NCBI GenBank assembly: GCA_963695825.1
Contig: CAVOHX010000009.1
Location: 1,292-65,291 of the forward strand
Reading direction: 5' to 3'
DNA length: 64,000 nt
From: an uncultured Chloroflexia bacterium
Lineage (GTDB): Bacteria; Chloroflexota; Anaerolineae; Promineifilales; UBA4811
A model generated the notes under the pieces. The model was not told the DNA's origin. It saw only the letters and a program-made list of their open reading frames with translations, and did no database searches. A program made the translations under genes and the position numbers. Positions 34,101-43,425 of the stretch are shown here, piece by piece (the stretch's first letter is position 1; each line of letters opens with the position of its first letter).

Positions 34101-35042
34101 TTGATGTTTGCCCTGGTGCTGGATCGAGAGGTTCGCCTGGACCCAGCTTATCCTCGGCCGATGCCCGGGCCCGGGGAGGCGCTCATCAGGGTGCGGCTGG
34201 CGGGGGTGTGCGCCACAGATCTGGAGCTGGTCCGTGGCTACAGGGGGTTCCGGGGTGTGCTCGGGCACGAGTTTGTCGGCGCCGTCGTCGCCTGTGGAGA
34301 TGAGGACTGGATCGGCCGGCGGGTAGCGGGGGAAATCAACGTCGGGTGCGGCTCGTGTGCCGAATGTCTGGCGGGCGGCGCCGCGCATTGCCAATCGCGC
34401 CAGGCGATCGGGATCCTTCACCGGGATGGCGCCTTTTCCGAGTATCTCGCGCTACCGGTGGCGAACCTCTGCGTTGTGCCGGATAGTGTACCAGACGAGT
34501 CGGCCGTCTTTGCCGAACCACTTGCGGCCGCGCTGCAGATCCTCAATCAAATACATGTGCGCCCGGAGCACACCACCGCAGTCGTCGGCGACGGCAAACT
34601 GGGGCTGTTGGTGGCTCAGGTCCTCGCCATCACCGGGGCAGAAGTGACGGTCATCGGGCATCATCCGAGAAAAATGGCGTTGGCAACCCGGTGGGGTCTC
34701 CAAACCGGTCGGCCGGAGAGGCGGGTGGACGTTGTGGTCGAGTGTTCAGGCAGTCCCTCCGGGCTGGCGACGGCGCTAGATTGGGTACGGCCGCGGGGGA
34801 CGGTGGTGCTAAAGAGCACCTATTCGAGTCAGCTCCCGCTCGATGTGGCGCACATAGTGGTGGATGAGATTCGACTGGTGGGGAGCCGCTGCGGCCCTTT
34901 TCCGCCCGCACTGAGCACGTTGGCGAGCGGGCGAGTTGATGTGTTGTCGCTGATCGAGGCACGCTATCCGCTCTCAGATGGTCTGGCGGCGCTGGAACAC
35001 GCCGGGCGCCGAGGAGCGCTCAAGGTGCTTCTCGAACCGTGA
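34101..35042 (+). CDS. Zinc-binding medium-chain alcohol dehydrogenase family protein
   Basis: GVCATDLELVRGY..GHEF.G; CGSCAECLAGGAAHC; VVGDGKLGLL. Confidence 0.8.
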   Translation: MMFALVLDREVRLDPAYPRPMPGPGEALIRVRLAGVCATDLELVRGYRGFRGVLGHEFVGAVVACGDEDWIGRRVAGEINVGCGSCAECLAGGAAHCQSRQAIGILHRDGAFSEYLALPVANLCVVPDSVPDESAVFAEPLAAALQILNQIHVRPEHTTAVVGDGKLGLLVAQVLAITGAEVTVIGHHPRKMALATRWGLQTGRPERRVDVVVECSGSPSGLATALDWVRPRGTVVLKSTYSSQLPLDVAHIVVDEIRLVGSRCGPFPPALSTLASGRVDVLSLIEARYPLSDGLAALEHAGRRGALKVLLEP

Positions 35043-35082
35043 CCTCGCCAATCCGCAGCGCAGCGGGTGGCGGTTCAACCGA

Positions 35083-36411
35083 TCAGTAATCGGCCTCTAG
35101 CGCCAGGGGAGTGGGCTGCTCAGCGGAATCCGTCGGCAGTACAAAGCAGAACCGGCTTCCGCTGCCGTACGTGCTCTCGACCCAGATTCTTCCACCGTGC
35201 TGTTGGATAATCTGTTTCGCTATCGACAGTCCCAAACCGGTGCCGGTGGTATACCCCTGGTCGTCAGGAACACGGTAAAAGCGCTCGAAAAGGTGTCCGA
35301 GCGCCTCAGAAGGTATGCCTCGGCCGGTATCCTGAACGCAAACCTGCACCGACTGGCTTTCCGCCAGAGCGGTGATGTGGATCTGCCCGTTCTGGCGATT
35401 ATATTTGATCGCGTTGTTCACCAGGTTCAAGAGGACCTGTTTGATGCGGTCACGGTCGCCCACCAGCGGCGGCGGGTCATCCGGTAAATGGGTTCGGATC
35501 GTGATACCACGCTCGGCCGCTAGCTGGCCCTGAAAAGAGATGATCTCTTGGATCAGAGTTGCCAGGTCGATGCTTTGTCGCTTGAGGTGAACCCGGCCGG
35601 ACTCGATACGCGATAACTCGAGCAACTCGCTGGTCAGCTCGGTGAGGCGTCTGGCTTCGGACTGAATGGTATTCGCGTAGGCACTCAACTGCGCGGCCGA
35701 CACCTCGGGTCGGGTCAGGAGCTCGCTCAGTGCCACCATGGCTGTCAGCGGCGTCCGTAGCTCGTGAACCATTTCAGAGACAAAGTCATTCTGCTGGAAC
35801 AGGCGCGCATTCTCGATAGCTATGGCTGCCTGCCCGGCCATCGCCATGAGTGTGTCGGCGTCGTCGTCGCTGAACGGCCGCTCGTCGTTCTTGTTGAGCG
35901 CCTCCAAAACCCCGATCACCTTTCCTTTCGCGGTCAGCGGGACGGCCAACACCGAATGAGTGGTAAAGATCGTGATCGAATCAATCCTGGCCGAGGCGGT
36001 AAAGCCCTCTTGCTCCTTGACCTGCTGGATGATTCTCGGCTCACCGTGACGAACCACCCAACCCGCTATGCTGCCCTTCAGGGGGACCTGGATGCGTTCC
36101 ATCTGAGCCGGTGGGATGTTGGAGGCGGCCTCAAAATACAGGTTGCCACTCTGACTGTCGATCAGGAGAATCGAAGCGGCCATCGTGTCGGTCAACCTGG
36201 TGGTGGCTTCTAGAATGATCTCCAGCAACCGAGGCAGGTTGAGGGTCGAACTGAGGATGGTGGAGACCCGAATGAGAGATCTAAAACGCGCCTTCTCGAG
36301 GGCGCGCGTTTCAACCAGCTTTTCGATCTCGGCTGTCAGCAACTGCATCCGATCGCGCTCATTCTCCGGATGTGCCTCGGGCAAAGCCGGCGCGGGGTCC
36401 TTGTCGCTCAC
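35083..36411 (-). CDS. GAF-domain sensor histidine kinase
   Basis: H-box SEMVHELRTPLTAM, N-box LLNLVNNAIKY and G-box GTGLGLSIAKQI. GTG at 36411 overlaps the sirtuin stop (GTGA). An alternative ATG lies at 36348. The listed 567-aa ORF extends upstream through the sirtuin gene. Confidence 0.8.
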   Translation of the reverse strand: MSDKDPAPALPEAHPENERDRMQLLTAEIEKLVETRALEKARFRSLIRVSTILSSTLNLPRLLEIILEATTRLTDTMAASILLIDSQSGNLYFEAASNIPPAQMERIQVPLKGSIAGWVVRHGEPRIIQQVKEQEGFTASARIDSITIFTTHSVLAVPLTAKGKVIGVLEALNKNDERPFSDDDADTLMAMAGQAAIAIENARLFQQNDFVSEMVHELRTPLTAMVALSELLTRPEVSAAQLSAYANTIQSEARRLTELTSELLELSRIESGRVHLKRQSIDLATLIQEIISFQGQLAAERGITIRTHLPDDPPPLVGDRDRIKQVLLNLVNNAIKYNRQNGQIHITALAESQSVQVCVQDTGRGIPSEALGHLFERFYRVPDDQGYTTGTGLGLSIAKQIIQQHGGRIWVESTYGSGSRFCFVLPTDSAEQPTPLALEADY

Positions 36412-37172
36412 AGATTCCGCCCTGAATCGTCGGCGATCTGCGGCAGCACCTGCGCCACGTCTGCGTGAATGACCACGTCGGCCAGCGGGTCCAAATGGGT
36501 TGGCTGAAGATTGATGATCAGCAGGCGCGCGCCCTGTTGCTGGGCCAGCTCGGGTATTCTGGAGGCCGGCTCGACGGTCAGTGAGGAACCAGTCACTAAC
36601 ATCAGATCGCATTGGCGGGCCTGGTGTAGAGCATCCTGGACGGCGGCATAGGGCAACTGCTCTCCAAAGAGGATCACGTTCGGTTTGAGAACACCGCCGC
36701 ACTTCTCGCAGGCAGGCACGTCCGGGCAGTTCAGCGCATGTTTGAGGACTAGATCCCCTGGGGTTTCCTGATAACAATCGATGCACGTCGCGGATCGAAA
36801 ATTGCCATGGACTTCTATCACGCGCTTGGACCCGGCGCGGTGGTGCAGCCCGTCGATGTTTTGTGTGATGAGCGCCCGCACCAGTCCCATCGCCTCCAGT
36901 TTTGCCAGGGCCACGTGGGCCGGGTTGGGTTGGGCGTGTTCAACCAGGTGGATCATGGGTCGAATCCAGTCGTAGAACGCCTGTGGTTGCCGGCGAAAGG
37001 CGGAAATCGAGGCGACTCGAAAGGGATCAACTGTGGCCCAGACTCCCGAACCGGGGCTGCGAAAGTCAGGAATGCCGGATGGGGTGCTCACGCCGGCGCC
37101 GGTGAGGGCGACGGCATGTTGGGCGGTCTGGAGCAGTCTCTTGGCCTGGTTAATGCTCTCAGAGAGTGACAT
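36408..37172 (-). CDS. NAD-dependent protein deacylase (Sir2/CobB family)
   Basis: MSLSESINQAKRLL...LTGAGVSTPSGIPDFRS...QNIDGLH...CIDC...CEKCGG (Zn ribbon). ATG at 37172. Confidence 0.85.
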   Translation of the reverse strand: MSLSESINQAKRLLQTAQHAVALTGAGVSTPSGIPDFRSPGSGVWATVDPFRVASISAFRRQPQAFYDWIRPMIHLVEHAQPNPAHVALAKLEAMGLVRALITQNIDGLHHRAGSKRVIEVHGNFRSATCIDCYQETPGDLVLKHALNCPDVPACEKCGGVLKPNVILFGEQLPYAAVQDALHQARQCDLMLVTGSSLTVEPASRIPELAQQQGARLLIINLQPTHLDPLADVVIHADVAQVLPQIADDSGRNL

Positions 37173-37188
37173 CTCGACCGGCTCTAGC

Positions 37189-38352
37189 TTACTCGGAGGC
37201 GGGTTTCCCTTTTTCCAGGTTGTCCACCACTTGCTGGGCCAGTTCGCGAAACTGGATGGCAGGCGTGCTGGCCGGTTCAAGCGCCAAAATGGGCCGCTCT
37301 TGCTCCAACGCCGCGAGGGCGAGTTCGGCTGCGTGTGAAACGTTGCCCAAGACCGGGTGCCCCAATTGAGATTCTGCTTGAAGAGGAGAGACAGACGGTG
37401 CGGAGGAGACAATGTTAGTCAGCACCAGGCCGATCTGACCGTGCAAAACCTCTCCCTGTTCCAGATGACGGAGCAGGGTGCGAGCCATCAGGAGAGCGGG
37501 TTGCTGGGGTGGCAAGCACAAGAGGATCAGGTCTGCGAGCTTGAGCACCTCCAAAGCGGTGTTGGTGACCCGGCTGCCGAGGTCCACTACGATTAGGTTG
37601 CCGACGCGGGTCAACAGGCTGAGAATCCGCTTGGCGTGGTCGGCGAGTAGCGGGGTGGTCCCGGTCGTGGGGTCGTAGCGCGTGAGCAAAAGGCGGAGGG
37701 CAGGGTTATAGTCTACCAGGGCCTGTTCTACGTGCTCTATCTGAAGCTGGTTGAGATGTTGCTCCAGCAATTGGGAGAGGCCAGCTCCCTGTGGATAGCC
37801 CAATTGCAGCCCAACGGCGCCCATTCCGAGTTGCAGATCCACCAGGACCAGGTGAGGCTGCGTCTCGGCAAGAGCGAGGCTGAGATTGATGGCCAACGTC
37901 GTCACGCCGGAACCTCCGCGCACGCCAAGCGTTGCCACAATCTTTCCCCGCACGGGCTGAATGGCGGCGTCTTGCACCGCGCTGGAGCGAGTCAACAATG
38001 CCTTGACACGGGCTGCCAGTTCGGCCGGGTGGGTGGGCTTGGTCAGATAATCGTCGGCGCCGGCGTCAAATCCGGCGACCTTGTCCTCCACCTGAGTTTT
38101 GGCGGTGAACATGATGACAGGGATGTGCGCCAACTGGGGGTTCCGGCGCAATTTGCGACACACCTGATAGCCATCCATGCCAGGCATCATGATGTCCAAC
38201 AGGATGAGATCGGGTGGCTCGTTTTCTGCCTGAGCCAGCCCCTGGCTGCCCCCTGGCGCCGCAGCGACCTGATACCCCTGACGTTGCAGCAAAAGCCCGA
38301 TGAGCTTGAGGCTGTCCAAGTCATCATCGATTACCAGAATCTTTTCTTTCAT
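37189..38352 (-). CDS. Response-regulator receiver domain fused to a CpaE/MinD-like P-loop ATPase domain
   Basis: KILVIDDDLDSLK...LILLDIMMPGMDG...FTAK, then ...GKIVATLGVRGGSGVTTLAINLSLALA. Confidence 0.8.
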   Translation of the reverse strand: MKEKILVIDDDLDSLKLIGLLLQRQGYQVAAAPGGSQGLAQAENEPPDLILLDIMMPGMDGYQVCRKLRRNPQLAHIPVIMFTAKTQVEDKVAGFDAGADDYLTKPTHPAELAARVKALLTRSSAVQDAAIQPVRGKIVATLGVRGGSGVTTLAINLSLALAETQPHLVLVDLQLGMGAVGLQLGYPQGAGLSQLLEQHLNQLQIEHVEQALVDYNPALRLLLTRYDPTTGTTPLLADHAKRILSLLTRVGNLIVVDLGSRVTNTALEVLKLADLILLCLPPQQPALLMARTLLRHLEQGEVLHGQIGLVLTNIVSSAPSVSPLQAESQLGHPVLGNVSHAAELALAALEQERPILALEPASTPAIQFRELAQQVVDNLEKGKPASE

Positions 38353-38489
38353 GGTCGGGTCCTTTGTCCCCAGGAGAGGTCCATCTTTGGGACACCGTGA
38401 CGTGTGTGCGAATGTAGCAGTACAGAGCGTGTCCGTCAGATCAGCAACAACTTTACTGTAGCATAAATCAATCCCCTTGGCAAGCGACG

Positions 38490-38518
38490 TTGACCGGACA
38501 GTTGTTACCTGCTATAAT
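38490..38518 (+). promoter_or_regulatory. Sigma-70-type promoter upstream of secG
   Basis: TTGACC (38490-38495), a 17-nt spacer, then TG-c-TATAAT (38513-38518). Confidence 0.6.
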
Positions 38519-38552
38519 CCCGCAAGTCTGAGCCAAACTGCTCGAGGAGTAT

Positions 38553-38789
38553 ATGGAAGCGTTTGCACCCTATTTTCAGGTCATAGTCATCATCATCTCG
38601 ATAGCCCTGGTGGCCGCGATCCTGCTGCAAAGCAAGGGCGCCGGCCTGGGAGGCCTCTTTGGTGGCAGTGATTCGGGCGGGTTGTACAAGACTCGTCGCG
38701 GCGCTGAAAAGTACCTGTTTAATCTGACGATCGGTCTGTCGGCAGCCTTTTTCCTCTTTGCGATCCTGACTTTCTTGGCCGTAGGCTAG
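38553..38789 (+). CDS. secG: Protein translocase subunit SecG
   Basis: 78 aa. …ILLQSKGAGLGGLFGGSDSGGLYKTRRGAEKYLFNLT…. Confidence 0.8.
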   Translation: MEAFAPYFQVIVIIISIALVAAILLQSKGAGLGGLFGGSDSGGLYKTRRGAEKYLFNLTIGLSAAFFLFAILTFLAVG

Positions 38790-38814
38790 CCGGTTTGAGA
38801 ATGGGCATGGGAGG

Positions 38815-40566
38815 GTGCCTTGCCGCTGTGGCAGGGCACTCTCTGTTTTTGGTACCCGGACGGTGATTCGACACATCCGTTGGCAGATACTCCTGGTGCT
38901 GCTGGGGACCATCCTGGCAGGCGTGCTGCTCTCCTATCAGGCGGTGGGGCTGGAGCAAGTGTTCGTGCCGGCCTCTGGCGGGACGCTGGTGGAGGGGGTG
39001 GCGGGGTGGCCTCGCTATCTGAACCCATTGCTGAGCTTTGATAACCCGGTGGATCGGGACATATCGGCGCTGGTTTTCGAGGGGTTGACGCGCTACGACG
39101 AGCGCGGCCAATTGGTGCCTGCCCTGGCCTCGGGTTGGAATGTCTCTCTGGATGGCCTGGTATATACCTTTTGGCTACGTCAAGACGTGCGTTGGCAGGA
39201 CGGCATCAGCTTTACGGCCGACGATGTGATCTTTACGATCGGGTTGTTGCAGGACCCTGGGTACACGGGCCCGGCCGACCTGGCAGCGCTATGGCGCGCG
39301 GTCGAGGTGGAACAGATCAATCGGTGGACCATCACCTTTGCGCTGCAGGAGCCCTTTGCGCCTTTTCTGGACTATACCACCCTCGGCATCCTTCCGGTCC
39401 ACATCCTGGACGGTGTGACAGCGGCTGAATTGCCTCTGCACCCATTCAATCGCAACCCGATTGGGACCGGGCGTTTTGCGGTCAAGAGCGACGACTGGGA
39501 GAGTGGGCGGCTGGAGATGAGCGCTAACATGCTCTATCGGGAAAAGCGCCCGCAGTTGTTGGGTGTGGAATTCCGTTTCTTCCCTGACTATGGCAGCATC
39601 CTGACTGCCTACGAGGAGGGTCAGGTCAACAGTGTTGGTTCGGTCCAGATGAACGACATTCCGCGCGCCCAGGCAATGGAGGACCTTGACCTGTTTACCT
39701 CCAGCTTGCCTGAATACAGCATGGTGTTGCTCAATCTGCAGAACGAGGACCTTCCCTTTTTCGCCGAGACCAAAACGAGGCAGGCGCTGCTGTACGGTGT
39801 GGATAGACCGGCCTTGATTGCCAGTGCGCTGAATGGCCAGGGCACGGTGGCCCATAGCCCGATCGCACCCGGTTCGTGGGCTTACTTTGCCGACGTCCCC
39901 CGGTACGAACATGACCCGCAAAAGGCGGCCGGCATATTGGACGCGGCCGGCTGGAGGCTACCTGAGCAAACTGGCGAGGGGGTACAGTTGCTCGAGAGCG
40001 AGGATCTGCTCGAGGGGGTCCGCTCGCGGGAGGGGCTGGAGCTATCCTTCGTCCTGACCGTCGCGGCCGATACCATGCACCAGACTGTCGCGATCGAGTT
40101 GGCGCGTCAATGGGCGCAGCTGGGTGCGCGGGTCGTGGTCCAGCCTATTCAGCCGGGTGAGATACTGCCCCTTTTGGAGGGCGGCGAATTTGAAGCTGTG
40201 CTGGTGGACGTGGACATGCGCGGCGATCCGGATCTCTATCCCTTTTGGAGCGAAAGCGCCGTGTTGGAGGGCCAGAATTATGGCGGCTGGCGCGACCGCA
40301 TGGCCAGCGAGCTGCTCGAACAGGCCCGTCAACTGCCAGGTAGGGGACAACGGACCACCCTGTATTACCGATTCCAGCAGATCTTTGCGCTAGAGGTTCC
40401 TGCACTGCTGCTATACAACCACGCCCACACGTACGGGGTTTCGAGCCAGGTTAAACAGGTGACCATGGGTCCTTTGACGGACCCCAGTGACCGGTTTTCG
40501 ACCATCAACAATTGGTTCCTGGTCTGGCGAGAGGTGGTTATCCGCAAGTCGCGTCCCAGCTATTAG
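38815..40566 (+). CDS. ABC transporter substrate-binding protein (family 5, peptide/nickel type)
   Basis: 583 aa with an N-terminal TM/signal anchor. …VEGVAGWPRYLNPLL…WQDG.SFTADDV.FT…. Confidence 0.75.
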   Translation: MPCRCGRALSVFGTRTVIRHIRWQILLVLLGTILAGVLLSYQAVGLEQVFVPASGGTLVEGVAGWPRYLNPLLSFDNPVDRDISALVFEGLTRYDERGQLVPALASGWNVSLDGLVYTFWLRQDVRWQDGISFTADDVIFTIGLLQDPGYTGPADLAALWRAVEVEQINRWTITFALQEPFAPFLDYTTLGILPVHILDGVTAAELPLHPFNRNPIGTGRFAVKSDDWESGRLEMSANMLYREKRPQLLGVEFRFFPDYGSILTAYEEGQVNSVGSVQMNDIPRAQAMEDLDLFTSSLPEYSMVLLNLQNEDLPFFAETKTRQALLYGVDRPALIASALNGQGTVAHSPIAPGSWAYFADVPRYEHDPQKAAGILDAAGWRLPEQTGEGVQLLESEDLLEGVRSREGLELSFVLTVAADTMHQTVAIELARQWAQLGARVVVQPIQPGEILPLLEGGEFEAVLVDVDMRGDPDLYPFWSESAVLEGQNYGGWRDRMASELLEQARQLPGRGQRTTLYYRFQQIFALEVPALLLYNHAHTYGVSSQVKQVTMGPLTDPSDRFSTINNWFLVWREVVIRKSRPSY

Positions 40567-40581
40567 ACGCTGGAGGCGTGA

Positions 40582-41400
40582 TCAGGAAGCAATGAGGGTG
40601 CCGGCAGGATACTGGGGGTCGGTCAACACCGCCTCGACTGTGTCAGGCTCCAGCCCAGATAGGATCCTCACCGAGAGAGCGGGCTGGGAAATCACCAAAT
40701 CGGCCATCGCGGCGACCTTGCTCAGCATGCCGCCAGTGACGTCTACGCCGTGTGATCCCCCCAACTGGGCCGATATGGCCTCGATCTCGTCCGGGCGAAT
40801 ATTAGGCATCACCTGCCCGCCTGAATCAAGCACCCCAGGAACGTCGCCGATCAAGAGAATCCGTTTCGGGCGCAACAGGGGCGCCAGGTAGGAGAACAGG
40901 TCCTCGGTGGATACGATGGTGCCTCCGCGCTGGCTGTCGATCGCCACATCGCCATAGATCAAGGGCACCAGTCCCCGCTCCAGCGCGATGCGGATAGGAT
41001 CCACCGCCATGGTCTGCAAGACGCCGTCATGACAAGAGGCCGACGCTGAGGGCTGCAGGCTGAGAACAGGGATGCCCGCCTTGAGCAGTGCGTCTGTCAC
41101 CAGCCGGTTTAAGCGAGCGGCGGCGGCGCTTACCTGGCTCAAGCCAACCCATTGATCCCAAGTTCGCACGCCCCGCCGGGTGCCGTAGCGGCGGCCGGAA
41201 AAGTGCCCGAAGGAGCCGCTGCCGTGGCCCAGCAGCAGCCGCAGATCCGGCCGCGCCTCCAGGCCGCGGCGTATCGCGGCTGCCAGCACGCGCAACCGAT
41301 CCAGGAGTGGGGTGGATTCGCGGGTCTTGTCAGTGATGAGTGAGCCGCCCAGTTTGAGAAAGACGAGCTCGGAGGGTGACACCAGTTGGATCTCAGCCAT
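40582..41400 (-). CDS. Isopentenyl phosphate kinase (amino-acid-kinase fold)
   Basis: LVFLKLGGSLITDK...LLLGHGSGSFGH.... It overlaps the 3' end of the mevalonate kinase gene. Confidence 0.75.
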   Translation of the reverse strand: MAEIQLVSPSELVFLKLGGSLITDKTRESTPLLDRLRVLAAAIRRGLEARPDLRLLLGHGSGSFGHFSGRRYGTRRGVRTWDQWVGLSQVSAAAARLNRLVTDALLKAGIPVLSLQPSASASCHDGVLQTMAVDPIRIALERGLVPLIYGDVAIDSQRGGTIVSTEDLFSYLAPLLRPKRILLIGDVPGVLDSGGQVMPNIRPDEIEAISAQLGGSHGVDVTGGMLSKVAAMADLVISQPALSVRILSGLEPDTVEAVLTDPQYPAGTLIAS

Positions 41401-42340
41401 TGCCTGACACCGTTGTGGCAATGACTCGCACGGCGCCCGCGCTGATGAGGGCCTCGATCACGTTCTTCTCGACGTCGGGCGGGGCTATGGCTATCAGGTT
41501 GCCTCCCCGGCCGCCGCCAGAGAGCTTGGCCCCCCGTGCCCCAGCGGTCAGCGCCACCCCGATCAGTCGCTCTAGCAGCGGTGACGAAACCCCCAGCCGC
41601 GCCAGCAGGAGGTGATTCTCATTCATCAGTGCTCCCAACTCTTTGGTCTTGCCGCGCTCGATCGCTTGCCGGGCGCTGTCCGCCAACTGCCCGATCTGAT
41701 CAAAGAGGGCTTCATGGGGTTGGGGATTTGCCTGCCAGGCGAGCCTCACGTCACCGACTGTCTCCCTGGTGGGACTGGCCACGCCGGTGTCGGCGATCAA
41801 GAGACGAAACGGCGTGGGTATTGACACTGTCTCAATCGGTTGACTGCGCACGAAATAGACCGGCCGGCAAAAGGCGACGACCGAGTTGTCAATGCCGCTG
41901 GGTGTGCCGTGATGGATCTTTTCGATTTCAAAGGCGAGTCGAGATACGATGGGCGTCTCGAGGGTGACGCCCAGAAAACCGGACAGGGCGCGCACGATGG
42001 CGACGGTCACGGCCGCGCCGGAACCCAAACCGCTTGCTATGGGAATGGTCGAGTGGACGGTGAGCTTGGCTGCGGGTGGGGGGGCGCCCAGGTGTGCGAG
42101 GGTGATCTGGACGGCGGCGGCTAGCGGATCGCTCTCCGGGGCATCCCCCAGCGTAAAGGTGCGTCCCAACTCGAGGGCCTCGATCGTCAGGTCGCTGTCC
42201 TGAGGCGACACGGTCGCCTGTGCCTGCACCTGGGAGACCGGCACGGCGATTGCCGGGCGGCCGTAGACCACGGCATGTTCGCCGAACAGGATGACCTTGC
42301 CTGGTGCCGATGCGCTGGCGCCCTGCGGCGATGCAATCAT
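41393..42340 (-). CDS. mvk: Mevalonate kinase (GHMP family)
   Basis: APGKVILFGEHAVVYGRPAIAV...PIASGLGSGAAVTVA...KLSGGGRGGN. ATG 42340 overlaps the UbiA-family stop (ATGA). Confidence 0.8.
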   Translation of the reverse strand: MIASPQGASASAPGKVILFGEHAVVYGRPAIAVPVSQVQAQATVSPQDSDLTIEALELGRTFTLGDAPESDPLAAAVQITLAHLGAPPPAAKLTVHSTIPIASGLGSGAAVTVAIVRALSGFLGVTLETPIVSRLAFEIEKIHHGTPSGIDNSVVAFCRPVYFVRSQPIETVSIPTPFRLLIADTGVASPTRETVGDVRLAWQANPQPHEALFDQIGQLADSARQAIERGKTKELGALMNENHLLLARLGVSSPLLERLIGVALTAGARGAKLSGGGRGGNLIAIAPPDVEKNVIEALISAGAVRVIATTVSGNG

Positions 42341-43260
42341 GGCAGGTAAAAGATCAACACGATGGTGATGCCCCACAAGACCGCGTTGATGAGAAAGGGG
42401 ATGTCGCCCAGTAGGATCTCTTCCGGCGCACCGCCCTGGTCCCGGACGTGGATCAGGTACAGGTAGCGAAAGATGCCGTACACGACGTATGGGATGGTCA
42501 GCATCATCAGGTGGCTTTCCGGCAGCCCCTCGGCCGAGAAGGTGTACAATGCGTACGAGATGATGGTGCCAGCCAGGACGATGCTGATGATCTGGTCGAG
42601 TAGCGGCAGCGAGTACTCGTTCAAGATGGCGCGGTGGTGGTTGGCGTTCTCTTTGAGCAGGGTAAGCTCGTGACGGCGTTTGCCAAAGCCCAAAAACAGA
42701 GCCAGAAAGGTCATGCAGACATAGAGCCAGGGGGAAAATCGTTCGACGTCAACCATGACCACGCCAGCGCCGACTCGCAGTACAAAGCCGGCCGCGATGG
42801 TCAGCGCGTCGATGAGCACAATGTTCTTGAGCCAAAAGGAGTAGAGGATTTGCAACGCCAGATACCCGCTCAAGATGAGCCCGAAACCGGGGTTGAGCAG
42901 ATAGGCGAGTGGGTGCGCGATGAGAAACAGCAGGATGGCGGCCGCGATCGCCACCGGCCGGGTCAGCTGTCCCGACGGCAGCGGCCGTTGTCGCTTGACG
43001 GGATGCAATTTGTCCTTTTCAAGGTCCACCAGGTCGTTGATCAAGTAGACCGTCCCCGTCGTCAGGCACAAGAGGACCAGGCCGGCAATTGAGGGCAACA
43101 GGTAGTCAAGGTTAAAGAGCTTGGCATCAAACACCAGAGCAGCGACGAAAAAGATATTTTTGGTCCACTGTTTGGGACGCAGCGTTTTCAAGAGTGCGAT
43201 GAGCATTGAGCGTGTCCTGGTCAGGCCGAGTCTATTGTGCCAGCGTGAGAGCAGGTGCAC
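42337..43260 (-). CDS. UbiA-family prenyltransferase (decaprenyl-phosphate phosphoribosyltransferase-like)
   Basis: …LRPKQWTKNIFF...YLINDLVDLEKDKLHPVKRQRPLPSGQL..., multi-TM. An alternative start lies at 43206. Confidence 0.75.
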   Translation of the reverse strand: MHLLSRWHNRLGLTRTRSMLIALLKTLRPKQWTKNIFFVAALVFDAKLFNLDYLLPSIAGLVLLCLTTGTVYLINDLVDLEKDKLHPVKRQRPLPSGQLTRPVAIAAAILLFLIAHPLAYLLNPGFGLILSGYLALQILYSFWLKNIVLIDALTIAAGFVLRVGAGVVMVDVERFSPWLYVCMTFLALFLGFGKRRHELTLLKENANHHRAILNEYSLPLLDQIISIVLAGTIISYALYTFSAEGLPESHLMMLTIPYVVYGIFRYLYLIHVRDQGGAPEEILLGDIPFLINAVLWGITIVLIFYLP

Positions 43261-43425
43261 CCGGGGTGGTCCTGCTCTCCCCCTGTCGATTGTCCATTAT
43301 ACGGATTGGCCGGCCGGGCGTCAATGACAAGGCCGCCGAACAGCGGTATAATCGTTCCGCGAGATTTGAAATGTCGGCGCTGCGGCGTGCGCGCCCGCCG
43401 ACCAGGCTGGTCAAGGAGCACGACA

